DNA of 63,511 nt, the filler included, from Octopus bimaculoides (lineage: Eukaryota), in the NCBI RefSeq assembly GCF_001194135.2. It is 3 parts of 3 records of this genome, joined end to end, with 100 filler letters (N's around TTAATTAATTAA, not from the genome) between each part and the next. Parts side by side here need not be neighbours in the genome. Positions count along the whole stretch, not along the records: positions 48,996 to 63,511 come from NC_068982.1; 2 more parts are not named here. One strand, written 5' to 3'. A program made the position numbers and the translations under genes. Shown here piece by piece: positions 49,683 to 62,110 of the stretch (position 1 is its first letter; each line of letters opens with the position of its first letter). The notes beneath the pieces were generated by a model, which did not search any database, had not been told where the DNA came from, and was given only the letters and a program-made list of their open reading frames with translations.

Positions 49683-51892
49683 AACAACAAACAAAATGAG
49701 GACAAATATCCGTCAAATGTAAATAATGTAAATAATGTGAATTATTTTACTGATAGAAGAAATTCAAAGTAAGATAACGGTATAGGTGATTTCTCTATTG
49801 TATCGTGGTGAAATGTAACGTTCTAATTATATAGTAGAAATTTTAAACATTTTCTTAATCATAGACTCCCTCAGGATTGGCCAATATGTTCCCATGCCCT
49901 CTTAGCAAGGTTACCAAAATTATTATCATCTTATGTCAAATTAGGTGTCAGTGTCTTGACATGCATAAGATGCATAAGACTACAAGGCTGTTCAAATTGT
50001 TAAAGTTTGTATGTATGATTATCTTAATGTTCTACTTTCAGTTACTATCCTGGTAAACCTGCTAAAAATAAACCAACAGATTTCTTAAATTATTGCTATT
50101 CCCATTGGAATTCTTACCAACCTACTAGTTTACAAGCATTTTCACTCCTTTTTTTCACTTAAATTATACAGATCTTGTTAGAATAATTATAGAGAATTGT
50201 TCTAAACAATTCCGAACCAATAGTTTTTGAAAAGATGATCTATCATTAAGCTTGGAGCCTAAAAGCAATAAATTGAAAAGATGTATGTAATGGCAGCATG
50301 CAACCCGATCATATAGGATGCTTGAAATATCTTTATTCTATGTGCAACATGATTATAAAAATATTTTGATTTAGCATATTTTACTTTTAAATCCAAAAAT
50401 ATGTGGCGGCATTGCAATTTGTTTACAAAAGGTTTACCTACATTTCGGAAAAAAGTAATATTTATCTTTTTGCGATGAAATGTTGATATATATACTACAA
50501 CTTTTAAATATTCAAACTGAATAAAATGTATGGTTCATATTGAAATTATTGAACATAAAATGAAATTTAAATTTATAAGTTACTATTTTCAACACAAATC
50601 TTACCATAGAGTTTACTAAGACAGCAATAAATTTTACTTAAACAGAGTTTTTATTGATATAAATTTATGGCAGTGAATATGAGCTTCTTATTCTTTGTGT
50701 TTATCTGTAAACCTATTTCTGATTGAAATGCTTTTCCATAAAAAAAATGTGTTCTACGAATTCTTACTTCAAAAGGGATATATNNNNNNNNNNNNNNNNN
50801 NNNNNNNNNNNNNNNNNNNNNNNNNNNNNNNNNNNNNNNNNNNNNNNNNNNNNNNNNNNNNNNNNNNNNNNNNNNNNNNNNNNNNNNNNNNNNNNNNNNN
50901 NNNNNNNNNNNNNNNNNNNNNNNNNNNNNNNNNNNNNNNNNNNNNNNNNNNNNNNNNNNNNNNNNNNNNNNNNNNNNNNNNNNNNNNNNNNNNNNNNNNN
51001 NNNNNNNNNNNNNNNNNNNNNNNNNNNNNNNNNNNNNNNNNNNNNNNNNNNNNNNNNNNNNNNNNNNNNNNNNNNNNNNNNNNNNNNNNNNNNNNNNNNN
51101 NNNNNNNNNNNNNNNNNNNNNNNNNNNNNNNNNNNNNNNNNNNNNNNNNNNNNNNNNNNNNNNNNNNNNNNNNNNNNNNNNNNNNNNNNNNNNNNNNNNN
51201 NNNNNNNNNNNNNNNNNNNNNNNNNNNNNNNNNNNNNNNNNNNNNNNNNNNNNNNNNNNNNNNNNNNNNNNNNNNNNNNNNNNNNNNNNNNNNNNNNNNN
51301 NNNNNNNNNNNNNNNNNNNNNNNNNNNNNNNNNNNNNNNNNNNNNNNNNNNNNNNNNNNNNNNNNNNNNNNNNNNNNNNNNNNNNNNNNNNNNNNNNNNN
51401 NNNNNNNNNNNNNNNNNNNNNNNNNNNNNNNNNNNNNNNNNNNNNNNNNNNNNNNNNNNNNNNNNNNNNNNNNNNNNNNNNNNNNNNNNNNNNNNNNNNN
51501 NNNNNNNNNNNNNNNNNNNNNNNNNNNNNNNNNNNNNNNNNNNNNNNNNNNNNNNNNNNNNNNNNNNNNNNNNTATATATACAGACATAAATACATATAC
51601 TTAAGACCTGGTTGGGATCTTAATTGCGATCCGCTTCTAACACGGAGAATTGGGAGCCCTTTTGGCCATTCTATTTTCCTTGCTGAAAAGGTTCTCTACC
51701 CATGGGCAAAGAGGGGTTAGATGATGGGGTGGTGTTTTCAAAGGGCTGGCATGTGTAACCTGATCACCTCTGTCAATCAAGCTCCCAAACCATGCGCTCG
51801 CTTTGCGACACTGATTCTGCCCAAATTTGACGTCATGTTACTTAGTTTGGTTTGAAATAAAGAACTTGATTAGCTTAATAATCCCAAATTAT

Positions 51893-51923
51893 CCCGGGCA
51901 AAGCCGGGCTATACTTCTTCTAT
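51893..51923 (+). mobile_element. Helitron-like 3' terminus (degenerate)
   Basis: Hairpin cccgg-gcaaag-ccggg, then ..CTAT in place of CTAG. Confidence 0.4.
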
Positions 51924-51924
51924 T

Positions 51925-52228
51925 TGCTAAAAGGCAAATTCATTGCAGTTACTGAAGAGAAAAATATCTTTTTTATACTAAAAAAAGGTGTGAAAACAGC
52001 CGTTTTTTTTAGTGTCGCCATTTATCAGAAATCCCAGACATCGATGTTTCGATTTTTGTTACTCTTGGGTACATTCCATTGACAAGAGTAAAAAAAAAAA
52101 ACTCGAAACACCGATGTCTGGGATTCCTGATAAATTGGCGACAGTGAACAAACCGGTGTTTTCACAGTGGTTTTAACATAAGAGGGATATTTTCTCCATG
52201 GTAACTGCAGTGAATTAGCTTTTTAGCA
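51925..52228. mobile_element. ~300-bp foldback element/MITE
   Basis: Arms of ~140 bp, e.g. tgtcgccatttatcagaaatcccagacatcgatgtttcga / tcgaaacaccgatgtctgggattcctgataaattggcgaca; small central loop. Confidence 0.85.
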
Positions 52229-52889
52229 GATGAAAAGATATGCCAGAAACATATTTTAACTAATATATATTTACACATCTTTATATATATATCGAACATA
52301 TAAGCAATATGGAGCTATGGCAAAGAACGAATCAAGTTTCGATTACGGAGCAAATATTTAAGAAAATGTGGAAGTGGATTGGTAGCACAATTAGAAAGGA
52401 CACACCAAATGTAGCGAAAAGTGCTTCACAGTGGAATCCGGATGGATATAGAAAGAGGCNNNNNNNNNNNNNNNNNNNNNNNNNNNNNNNNNNNNNNNNN
52501 NNNNNNNNNNNNNNNNNNNNNNNNNNNNNNNNNNNNNNNNNNNNNNNNNNNNNNNNNNNNNNNNNNNNNNNNNNNNNNNNNNNNNNNNNNNNNNNNNNNN
52601 NNNNNNNNNNNNNNNNNNNNNNNNNNNNNNNNNNNNNNNNNNNNNNNNNNNNNNNNNNNNNNNNNNNNNNNNNNNNNNNNNNNNNNNNNNNNNNNNNNNN
52701 NNNNNNNNNNNNNNNNNNNNNNNNNNNNNNNNNNNNNNNNNNNNNNACATATATATATACCAGAATAAGCGCATAAATGTGAAACAAGGTGGACAAAGAA
52801 ATACTCGATTACCCGAGGTAGAGTAGAACTATCTGACGAACGGGAACATGATACTCTGAGTAAAGTTTTTGTGATGTCTTTGCAGTTTT

Positions 52890-53200
52890 ATATATATATC
52901 GAACATATAAGCAATATGGAGCTATGGCAAAGAACGAATCAAGTTTCGATTACGGAGCAAATATTTAAGAAAATGTGGAAGTGGATTGGTAGCACAATTA
53001 GAAAGGACACACCAAATGTAGCGAAAAGTGCTTCACAGTGGAATCCGGATGGATATAGAAAGAGGCGTAGGGTAAAGAACTCGTGGCGTAGATCAACACA
53101 AAAGGAACTAGAGAAAGGGGGACATACATGGCAGAGTATAAGTACAGAAGCGAAAAATTATGGAACATGAAATTTACTTATAAGTGGCCTATACTCAGCG
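52890..53200 (+). mobile_element. RTE-clade LINE ORF 3' fragment (first ~170 bp duplicated at 52288-52459)
   Basis: ISNMELWQRTNQVSITEQIFKKMWKWIGSTIRKD..ASQWNPDGYRKRRRVKNSWRRS matches the RTE post-RT motif RW.W.GH..R..L.W.P.GKR.RGRP..TW. Confidence 0.85.
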
Positions 53201-53229
53201 TTGTAGGGTTAAAGGCAAGAAAGAATGAC

Positions 53230-53271
<42 letters not shown>

Positions 53272-53391
53272 CGTGTGTGTGTGTGTGCATGCATGTGCGT
53301 ATGTATGAATGTATGCATGTATGTATGTATGTATGTATGTATATAGTTGTATGTATAAGCATGTATATTTAAAATACATAAAACATATATA

Positions 53392-53607
53392 TGAGGGGGT
53401 GCTGAAAAGTTCCTGAATCTGGGTAAAAGAATGTACAGGAGGATCAGTTAACTATGATTTAAATCAGCATATTTTCCTCTTACATTCACACACTTATTAC
53501 AGTGGTCCTTCAATTTTTCTAAGCCCTGTAAAAGATCTCAGAAGGTTCGGCCTTCAACTAGGCCTTTCGCGATACCCTTAAACCCAAGAACTTTTTAGCA
53601 ACCCTCG
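53392..53607 (-). mobile_element. Mariner-derived MITE
   Basis: TA-(t)gagggggtgctgaaaagttcctg ... aactttttagcaaccctcg-TA. Confidence 0.9.
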
Positions 53608-55192
53608 TACATATTTATACGTGTGTGTGTATGTGTATGTGTATTCTTATGTACGTGTGTATGCATGTATGTGTGTGTATGTATGCCTCCAGAAAAATAT
53701 AATGAAAATGTGTTTTAGAAAATTACATTGATTGGGCAGAATTATTTGATACTAGCGTGACCCATGAATATTTCACGGAATTAATAGCAAACTTACTGGA
53801 TTATTTCTGAAAACTTTATCCAAAAAAACCTGAAAGCGTAGACTGTGTTGTGTCTGTCTGAGGAGACAGTTGCTCATCTGCTATTCATTGAAAAGTGAAG
53901 GAAATTCAAATACGATGATTATCTAATGTACTTTACATATACAGTTTATATATTTTATGCACAATTTTATCGACTTTATAGACAACACTCATAAAATACA
54001 TATTCACTCTTATTTTTCCATTTCCCCCATAAACAAAAAATATCCCGTACATATGATATATCCTTTAGTTAAATTGCATATGTCTGCCTCGTAAATAAGC
54101 GTGAATATTTCACAGAATTGCACTTATGCGCATGCGTTAAGTGAAAGGTGATATATAAAAAAACTATCGAATCANNNNNNNNNNCATCACCACCACCATC
54201 ACCACCAACTCTCTCTACCCTTCTCTCTCTCCCTCCTCTCTCCCCCTCTCTATCTCCCCACTCTGTCTTTCTTTAACTTCACCATCAGAACATCACCTCT
54301 CTGCTAAAGTTATTACGTACCCCTTATCTCATGTCATGGACGCTTGTCTCTCCAGCTTTTCTCTCTCCGTCTTTTTCTCTCTTTCTTCCTCTTTCTGTGT
54401 CACTCTTCCCCCTATTCTCGTTTTCTCTATCCTTTTTCTTTCTCCTCTCTTTTCTTTCAATTAATCACGTGAAAGCGTTAGAATTACACTCCCTCTACCT
54501 CGCGTCATATACGCTTCTCTCTCCCTCCTTTTCTTCCTCTCTTTTCTCCCTCCCTCTTTTCTTTCTTCCTCTTTTTCTCTTAGCACATGAACGCGTTACC
54601 GACGGGTTAAGTAACGGAATGACAAGCAGAATTATTATAAGATTCTATTATGGGAGGATCTTTCAGAAAGATATTTTCGGATTGCAGTCTGGCATCCTTA
54701 ATATTCCATCACTTAATGCTGTTTTCCTGGCAAACAGCATTTAGTTGTTATTTAATTTTGTCATTAATTACTTACATAATTTCTATTATTAATAAGGTTC
54801 TTATATTCAAAATAAGTAGGTCGTTTGCAAGAAAATTATTTTTAATTAGAAAATGTCTGATAACGCATGACTGTAATCTAATTTTAAAATGCTTTACGGA
54901 TTTAACGAATTCCTTTAATTGTAATTAATAGTTGATTATTACGTAAACGCTTTCGACAAATTGCAGCTTGTAATTAACAAGCAATAATTTAAAAGACGAG
55001 TCAATCTTCGGATAATTTATTCTTAAATGCAGTATACTATAAAGACCATAAAATCATAATGGTACACACGTTAAAAGAGCCATAAGAAAGCATCACGGAA
55101 AGGATTTTGCTAGAAACTGTTAAATGAAGAACACTTACGTTACTCAGAGTGCCCATTCTTGTAGGCCCAGCGATTGAAGCTGACAGTCATAA

Positions 55193-55308
55193 TTAACCTT
55201 TAGCATACTGCGGGTGCAACATGTCACCGTATGAGTTTTCTCCCCTGTAACAACAGGGCAGTGGCAGGGGAAACAATTCTAGAGAAAATACAGTGTGCTA
55301 AAGGTTGA
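55193..55308. mobile_element. piggyBac-like MITE (~116 bp)
   Basis: TTAA+cctttagcatactg ... cagtgtgctaaagg+TTGA. Confidence 0.65.
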
Positions 55309-56723
55309 AAAGACCACGAAGGTTATGAAGACAAGGGAGACGTTAAGATATCTTTCAAAATAAGATACGTGCTAACCACTCGAGTGCTCACTGACTGGCA
55401 CACCTACAATAATTATCAACTACTAATAGGGCGAAGGAGAGCAAGGAAAATGTTCCACGAAAGAAAAACTACAAAAGCTTTAAAATTATGGATTAGAGAC
55501 AGAAAGAATTATAACAAAGCGAAATCGAGATGAAGTAGCATAGATTAGATGCAATATTTGTTTGTTTTACCTCATCCCATCTTTTTAACAAGCCAACTGC
55601 AGAAGTATTGAGAGCAAACTGTTATACCCAACATTCGTTATCTAATAACTACTAAGAAAAGATAGTGTAAGTGCAAGCCATGTACGATGGCGTCTGCAAA
55701 TGAGATGAAAGCAGCGAATTCGATGGAAATTTTAGCGTTCATGTATCAATCACAGCTAGATTCAGAAGTCTCGCCTGTGTATTATAATTTTTCTGATTCT
55801 TTCAGAGAAGTTTAAGACCAGCAGCTTGTGGGAATATTTGTATGGCAAAGAGCTAGCTCTCGTAGCTGGAAGAACTGGGAAATGATTTCAAACATAGAAA
55901 TAGTTTCTAATCGAGACGCCTTAAGGCAAACCAAACAGAAACAAAATTGTTGGTTACAACAAAGGACACCACAAGTCTACTGCAATCTTAAAAATAGCTA
56001 TGCTTAATATGAAGCAAACATATAGCTATGATGTCTGTAATGTGCCTTCAATGTATACAGTGGGCGTACAAAAAGTACAACAGCGTTATGAACAAGTTGA
56101 CAGAAAAGAAAGACTTTGTATGCAGCCGATGAACGGGATTCCTTAATTATAAGAATACTATTTCAAATAACCAGAAAGCTTGTTACAGGTAGCTGAATGC
56201 TTTTTGACTCAATCGTTACTGAAGGTGAGTTGTGAGAGCAGAATCGCTAGAGTTAGAAGGAAAATATAGGCAAACTTCAAGGAACGATTCCTACGGTTAG
56301 AAACAATGGGAAATGGGAACCTGCCCCGAAAGAAAGCACAGATTCAGTATTTATGGTGTGATATTGCTTGGTCTGAAATAAAGTGCGGAATATGTGTAAA
56401 AGGTAAATGAAAATAAAGTGAGTATGGTCTGCTGCATGTATAATTTTAGGAGGGAATGCGCACCATTTCGGGACCTTCTTCTCGACGTCTTTACTGAGCA
56501 CCGGCATCCTCACCGATGTGAGGCCTCAGCTACTAAGTAAAACATGGTTATAAAAGGAAACTTAACGGTTGCAACGGACGGGATTTTGCTGAAACATGCA
56601 TGGAATTATGATGATGACGAGTAGGAAAATGATGATGATGATGACAACCAGGATGACGGCCATGATGATGATGATGACGATGATGATACTGATGATGATG
56701 ATGATATTCATTCATCGTCGTCG

Positions 56724-57040
56724 TGGCGCTCCGTCGCTTACGACGACGAAATGAACGTGTAAGCGGCTGAGCACTCCACAGACACGTGTACCCTTAACGT
56801 AGTTCTCGGGTGGGGTGGGGAGATTCAGCGTGACAAGGCTGAAACAGAAACAGAGAGAAAGAGTGAGAAAAAGTTGTGGCGAAAGAGTACAGCAGGGTTC
56901 ACCCCCACCCCTGCTGGAGCTTTGTGGAACTTTAGATGTTTTCGCTCAAGAAACATTCACAACGCCCGGTCTGGGAATCGAAACCGCGATCCTATGCCGG
57001 CGAATCCGCTGTCCTAACCACTGGGCCATTGCGCCTCCAC
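56724..57040 (-). mobile_element. SINE C with internal deletions
   Basis: Reverse complement of the 22565 head and tail, with body segments missing. Confidence 0.88.
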
Positions 57041-59244
57041 AAGCTATTCACTATTACTATTTTATATCAGGACGATATTCATTGTATCTTTTAATTGTAA
57101 TATTATTCCCTGAAATAAAATGCCACAAAAATCAAACACATCATAAATAACACAACACCTGCTCATAGCGAAGGCGCAAATCATGTCTTGATAACACTAT
57201 AATTTATTCGGAAGCTGAACTTATGCCACGCGTGTCTAACGAGGTTATACGTACTATATCCATCGAACTCTAAAAGGCAGGCAAAATTGTAGCCACCTAA
57301 GATAAAAATAGTTGCTATTTAACGAATTATATCCTGAATTCCATGCAATACATTAACATTTTATAATGATTTGGAAATCAATTATTTTATATATTTAATA
57401 ATTAATATCAATGGCTTTAGTTTTTTTTTGTAAGTGTGTTTACTTTGTATATTTGTGTGTTTGTGTGTGTCTGTATGTGTATCTGTGTGCGTATTCATAG
57501 ACAGCATCACTTTTTCTGCAACTGATGGTCCAACACTACTTTTAATCCACACATCATAATGAGCAAGCACTTGATTTTCCAGTGAACCGTAAGACTAGTT
57601 CACCTGGTTATCACAGGCGACATTGTATTTCATTTGCAATTATCTGACTATTTATGACTGCTGCAAATTCAGTGATTCAAGGAAATTCCTAATCACTTCT
57701 CCCTAATTAATAATTCTAAGCACAGTGCCAGTATCAATAGTGGTATAAAGGGTAAACACAAAGCTATATCTCTTCATAGATTGTTAGAACTGTACCACAG
57801 TGTATTAGACGTTTGATAGTGTTTCAACATACGTGTTATGTTATTTAAAAAACGAAAAGGCATGTAGAAATAACCTTCACAATATAATGTAAAGAGCACT
57901 GCTAACACAGTAGAACATGGTGCTGACTTATAAAAACATCTTATATACTTTATAGTATATTATGGTTGTCTAACGGAATACCACGTGCCTACAAACCATT
58001 AAGAAAATATAGCATTTTTTTTACAGGAAATCATTCTTTAAGAAAAACTGCTGCTTGTGCAAGTGAAATCAGTCGAAAACTCCGCATTACAGGATGCCAG
58101 TGGGTTTCATTGGTCATCAGGAGAGAATGCGCACCATTTCGGGACCTTCCTCAACACCTTTACTCTTATGAGACAACGAATGTGTGCACCATCACCCAGA
58201 GCTTATAACAGATTTGCCATTAACAATTGCTATTTTGAACTCCACTTGCTTCTATCGAATTTCAAAAAAAGTTGGACTGCGTGACTCATTTGTTGTTCTT
58301 ATATAGATTTTAATTCACATACGTTGGAGTATAAAAATAATGAGTTGAAAATGCAGTTAGAGTCTTTAAAAAGTTTATTAATATCAACTTAACCGGTTTC
58401 ACAATTTCCTTATTTACAAAACTACTGTGAGAGAAAAGGGCTTGGAGCCATGCCGTGTTTATTTCGACTGACCGGAGTTTGAAAATTTGCTCTTTTTATG
58501 GTGAGATCATTAATTAAATTGCCATCAAATGAGGTTGTTTGGTAGGTTGGAGGTGGTCACGAGGGCAGTGTCATGTGACCATATGAATGATGGCTGTAAC
58601 AAATTTTAAGGGCGTATGAGGTCAATGACTGTATGCTGGACGTACGCATTAGTTCATATGACAGTACCAACCTAGCGAATCTATCATAGAATAGATTGAA
58701 CAGCAGGCTGCTGTCAGAATAGCTAACATCTTTGTATATATAATTATCAATGTGTCTATGTAAGAAAATGTTAACTACAATAGTGCAATATCGCCGCTTA
58801 ATATGTTGTTGTAGCTTATTTCATCGTAGTTTGTATTTTCAATAAACATTTCCTTTGTATGTGGGAAGACTAAGTACTTTGATAATTTGTTTATCACACA
58901 TAAGTCTAAATATTCATTTAACGGAAACTGTCTTGTATTAGTAGATTATGTTTTAGCAGATGAATATTGAATCCATTTTGCAAGATAAGTTTCTGTTGTA
59001 TTATGTAATCATCGTTACAGCACTTGTATTTGAAAGCATAAACGCGTATGTTTTGACGAACAGGTACAGTAAATCTTAATTTATATACATCTTATGTAAG
59101 GCTCAAGCAGGTTCTGCACTTAGGCGAACACAAATCTGGGCAAATGGTTTTGTGTTTGTAGTGGGCAATTTGGTGCTGGTAAGTAAATTTCAAAGGATAC
59201 CAGTCATCTTTTGCTGTTGATTATTTTGTGTATTTCGAACGATT

Positions 59245-59580
59245 TTGGTACCTTTTGGTTATCTCACCCCCATTAAAAAAATGGGTTATCTCTCCCGGTT
59301 TTACGAGTAATATCGATACTTTTGGTTATCTCAGTCAGCTAAAAAAAATGTTTAACCCTCAATAAAACAAAAAAAAAGTGAAAAAAATTAATAGACATGA
59401 AAAGTGAAAAGACGAAACATCGTTTCGAATCTGTTAATATTTCTAAAACAAATTATACCATTCCTATTGAGAAGGCCAAAAGTCAACAAGTGGGACTTAA
59501 TGGGTTAAATCGATTTTTTAGTGAGGAGATGACCTAGTTTTTTAATGGCAATTTTGTTAATGGGGGTGAGATAAACCAAA
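59245..59580. mobile_element. MITE with ~23-bp TIRs
   Basis: tttggttatctcacccccattaa / ttaatgggggtgagataaaccaaa, with internal partial copies of the TIR. Confidence 0.7.
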
Positions 59581-60050
59581 ACATACCGCGATTTTTTCTA
59601 TTCCTGATTCCAGCTCAATAATACAACGTTTTGATGAATGATATATATTTCTGTATATCTGTGTTGTGATGCAGGCTAGAGTATTTGGTACATCGGAATT
59701 GCCTGTGTTGCTTGTAATTCTTGACTGTCTATTGCTTTGGCACTTTCTATTCCATTATCAAATATCTTTTGATTGGTACTGTCTTTCAGTTTTTGTTTTA
59801 ATTCCCAGTGTCTTTTATTTCGAGTTTCAAACTTCAAAACATTTGAACGTTTTCTTCGCGCTAAATTAAGCAAAATATTTGTTTTGATATTTGGTTTGCG
59901 TGATGTCGAAAGTATTGTTTAGGCCTGTAGTGGATGTCAGCTCCGATATTTGTGTCGTCGTTTTTATGATTAAAATACCCAGGAAAGGTAGTCAATGCTT
60001 ATAGTATTCCAGTATGAACTGTATACTGTTGTTCATGTTATTAATTTCAA

Positions 60051-60455
60051 GGCTGTGTGGTAAGTAGCTTGCTTACCAACCACATGGCTCCGGGTTCAGT
60101 CCCACTGCATGGCACCTTCGGCAAGTGTCTTCTACTATAACCTCGGGACGACCAAAGCCTTGTGAGTGGATTTAGTAGACGGAAACTGAAAGAAGCCTGT
60201 CGTATATATGTATATGTATATATATGTGTTTGAGTTTCTGCGTTTGTCCCCCCAACATCGGTTGACAACCGATGCTGGTGTATTTACGTCCCAGTAACTT
60301 AGCGGTTCGGCAAAAGAGACCGATAGAATAAGTACTAGGCCTAAGCTCAAATTCCGCTGAGGTCGATTTTACTTTTCACTCTTTCGATGTCTGTAAAATA
60401 TGTACCAGTTGATCTCTAGAAATTGCTGGTTTTGTGCCAAAATTTAAAACCGATA
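60051..60455 (+). mobile_element. SINE B (60051-60340) joined to an internal SINE A fragment
   Basis: Clean B copy up to agtactaggc, then ctcaaattccgctgaggtcga. Confidence 0.85.
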
Positions 60456-61899
60456 TTAAATTGATGAAGATCTATCTCTCAGATGCTTAGAAGAAAAATC
60501 CCATGTGAACAATTCAAGAATACAATTCACATACTGACCTTGACCGATCATCACTAAACATATATTAAAGGTCTTGGACTTACTCAACAACGATATAAAT
60601 GAAAACGCAAAGAAATAGATTGAACATTTTTTTAATAACAGCATATTGATGAAAATAAAAATGCACAAACACCACCTTGAAATATATATGAGGTTTACGT
60701 ATGAAGAAAGAACTTTCAATGGTTTCTTATGTCTAGGCGCATTCAAGAGAGTAGCAAACATATAGAGCAATGCATTGTCAGCCGGGGGTTTTAAAGAAAT
60801 GTTTAAATACCAAAAACACACACAATAGAACAAGAGGAGATGCAAAAGAAAGACCACGCGATTTAATCCATCATTTTTACAAATGTAAGCACATTGATTG
60901 TCAAAGTCGCCACCAAAATTACACAATCTTATTTTCTCTCTGGACATAAGCACATGAGCACATTTGACCCAAACTTAATCAAAGTAACCTGATCGATACT
61001 AACGCCTCAGCAAATTTTAATAGTAAAAATATTTATGAATCACTTAATATTTTAAACCAAGCAATAAATTGTAGAAGTGAGAAAATCATCCTAATTAAGT
61101 TATTAATTGCTCTTTTGACTACTTTTGTCTTGAAAGAAGCGGTTCTTTATATCGTATAATTATACAAGAAATAATTGATCCTAAAATAAGCAAAAGGCCA
61201 TTGATATATGGGCAGAGGTTAGTTACTTAAAGTACTTCCAACAACGGGAATTGAACACAGAAGGCAAAAGGCTGTAACTAAATATCGCAAATAAATTTTT
61301 GAGACAGTCAAACAAGTCTGCTTATCCACGCCATTATTATACAAGAAATAACGAGATGGCTAAAGGCTATATAAATGTTCCCTTGTGATTTATTTAATGT
61401 CAAATATATAATTTATTCACACACTTATATACACTTACATGTATGGTGTCACGTCGCTTTTAGTGCCACTGGTAAATTGTAACTCAGTGCAAACTGTTGC
61501 ATGGCTAGACCCTCAGCGACCAAATCGGTAAAGCTCTTAATCCTACTTAGTAAGAAGTTTACTTTCCGTTGGATACTCTGTCAGATGAAAAACTAAACCT
61601 GCCAATGGGAAGATGAACACAGTAGAGTGAACGACCATCCAACAGCTGGGAGAGAGAGACCACCATTCCTTGTTTAGCCATCTCTTTAGGAGAGGTTAAA
61701 TTCTCACATAACGCATGCAACTCCGTTAGTATTCAATGATATTGTCTAGTTATTCTTTTGGGGAAAATTCATACGTTGTTTAGAGAATGAGATTGACTCT
61801 GTAGAAGACATTTCCTCACACCAAAAGGCTTCAGGCCCAGGCACTCCTTCATTTTTAACATCTCTCTTACGTGTTGCATACTACGTCTAGCTGTAGCGA

Positions 61900-62110
61900 A
61901 AAAAAAGGCAAAGCACTCAATGAAACATTCCATGATGAAATGAAGACATGTATCAGCGTAGGCGATAACACTCTGAACTGAACTCTGGATGCAGGAGATG
62001 ACCAGCGAGGCCGCATCCTTGCAAAAGGGGCTAGGTCTCGAACAGGGTTGAAAAGCCATATCCATGCTGCTTCAAGAGAAAAGTCAAGTGATAGCACTCC
62101 TCGAAATCGA
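61900..62110 (+). mobile_element. Degenerate RTE LINE extreme 3' end (tentative)
   Basis: Frame reads ..LAKGARSRTGLKSHIHAAS, resembling the RTE terminal C..C.SR.GL.SH motif. Confidence 0.45.

Larger units (their letters stand above)
49311..49740 (+). mobile_element. tRNA-headed SINE-like element with tandem hammerhead-bearing body
   Basis: A-box TGGCGTAGTGG, B-box GTTCGATTC, (TAA)n, then two ~100-nt bodies 150 nt apart, each containing CTGATGA..GAA(A/G)CGT. Confidence 0.85.

Noticed and set aside
52288-53066. Identical ~170-bp direct repeat on both sides of a gap
   Set aside because: Perfect identity, with the first copy ending at the gap, points to an assembly overlap or haplotype artefact.
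58095-58125. Minus-strand CTGATGA-ccaat-GAAAC
   Set aside because: No stem II, stem III or stem I pairing, so it is treated as chance.
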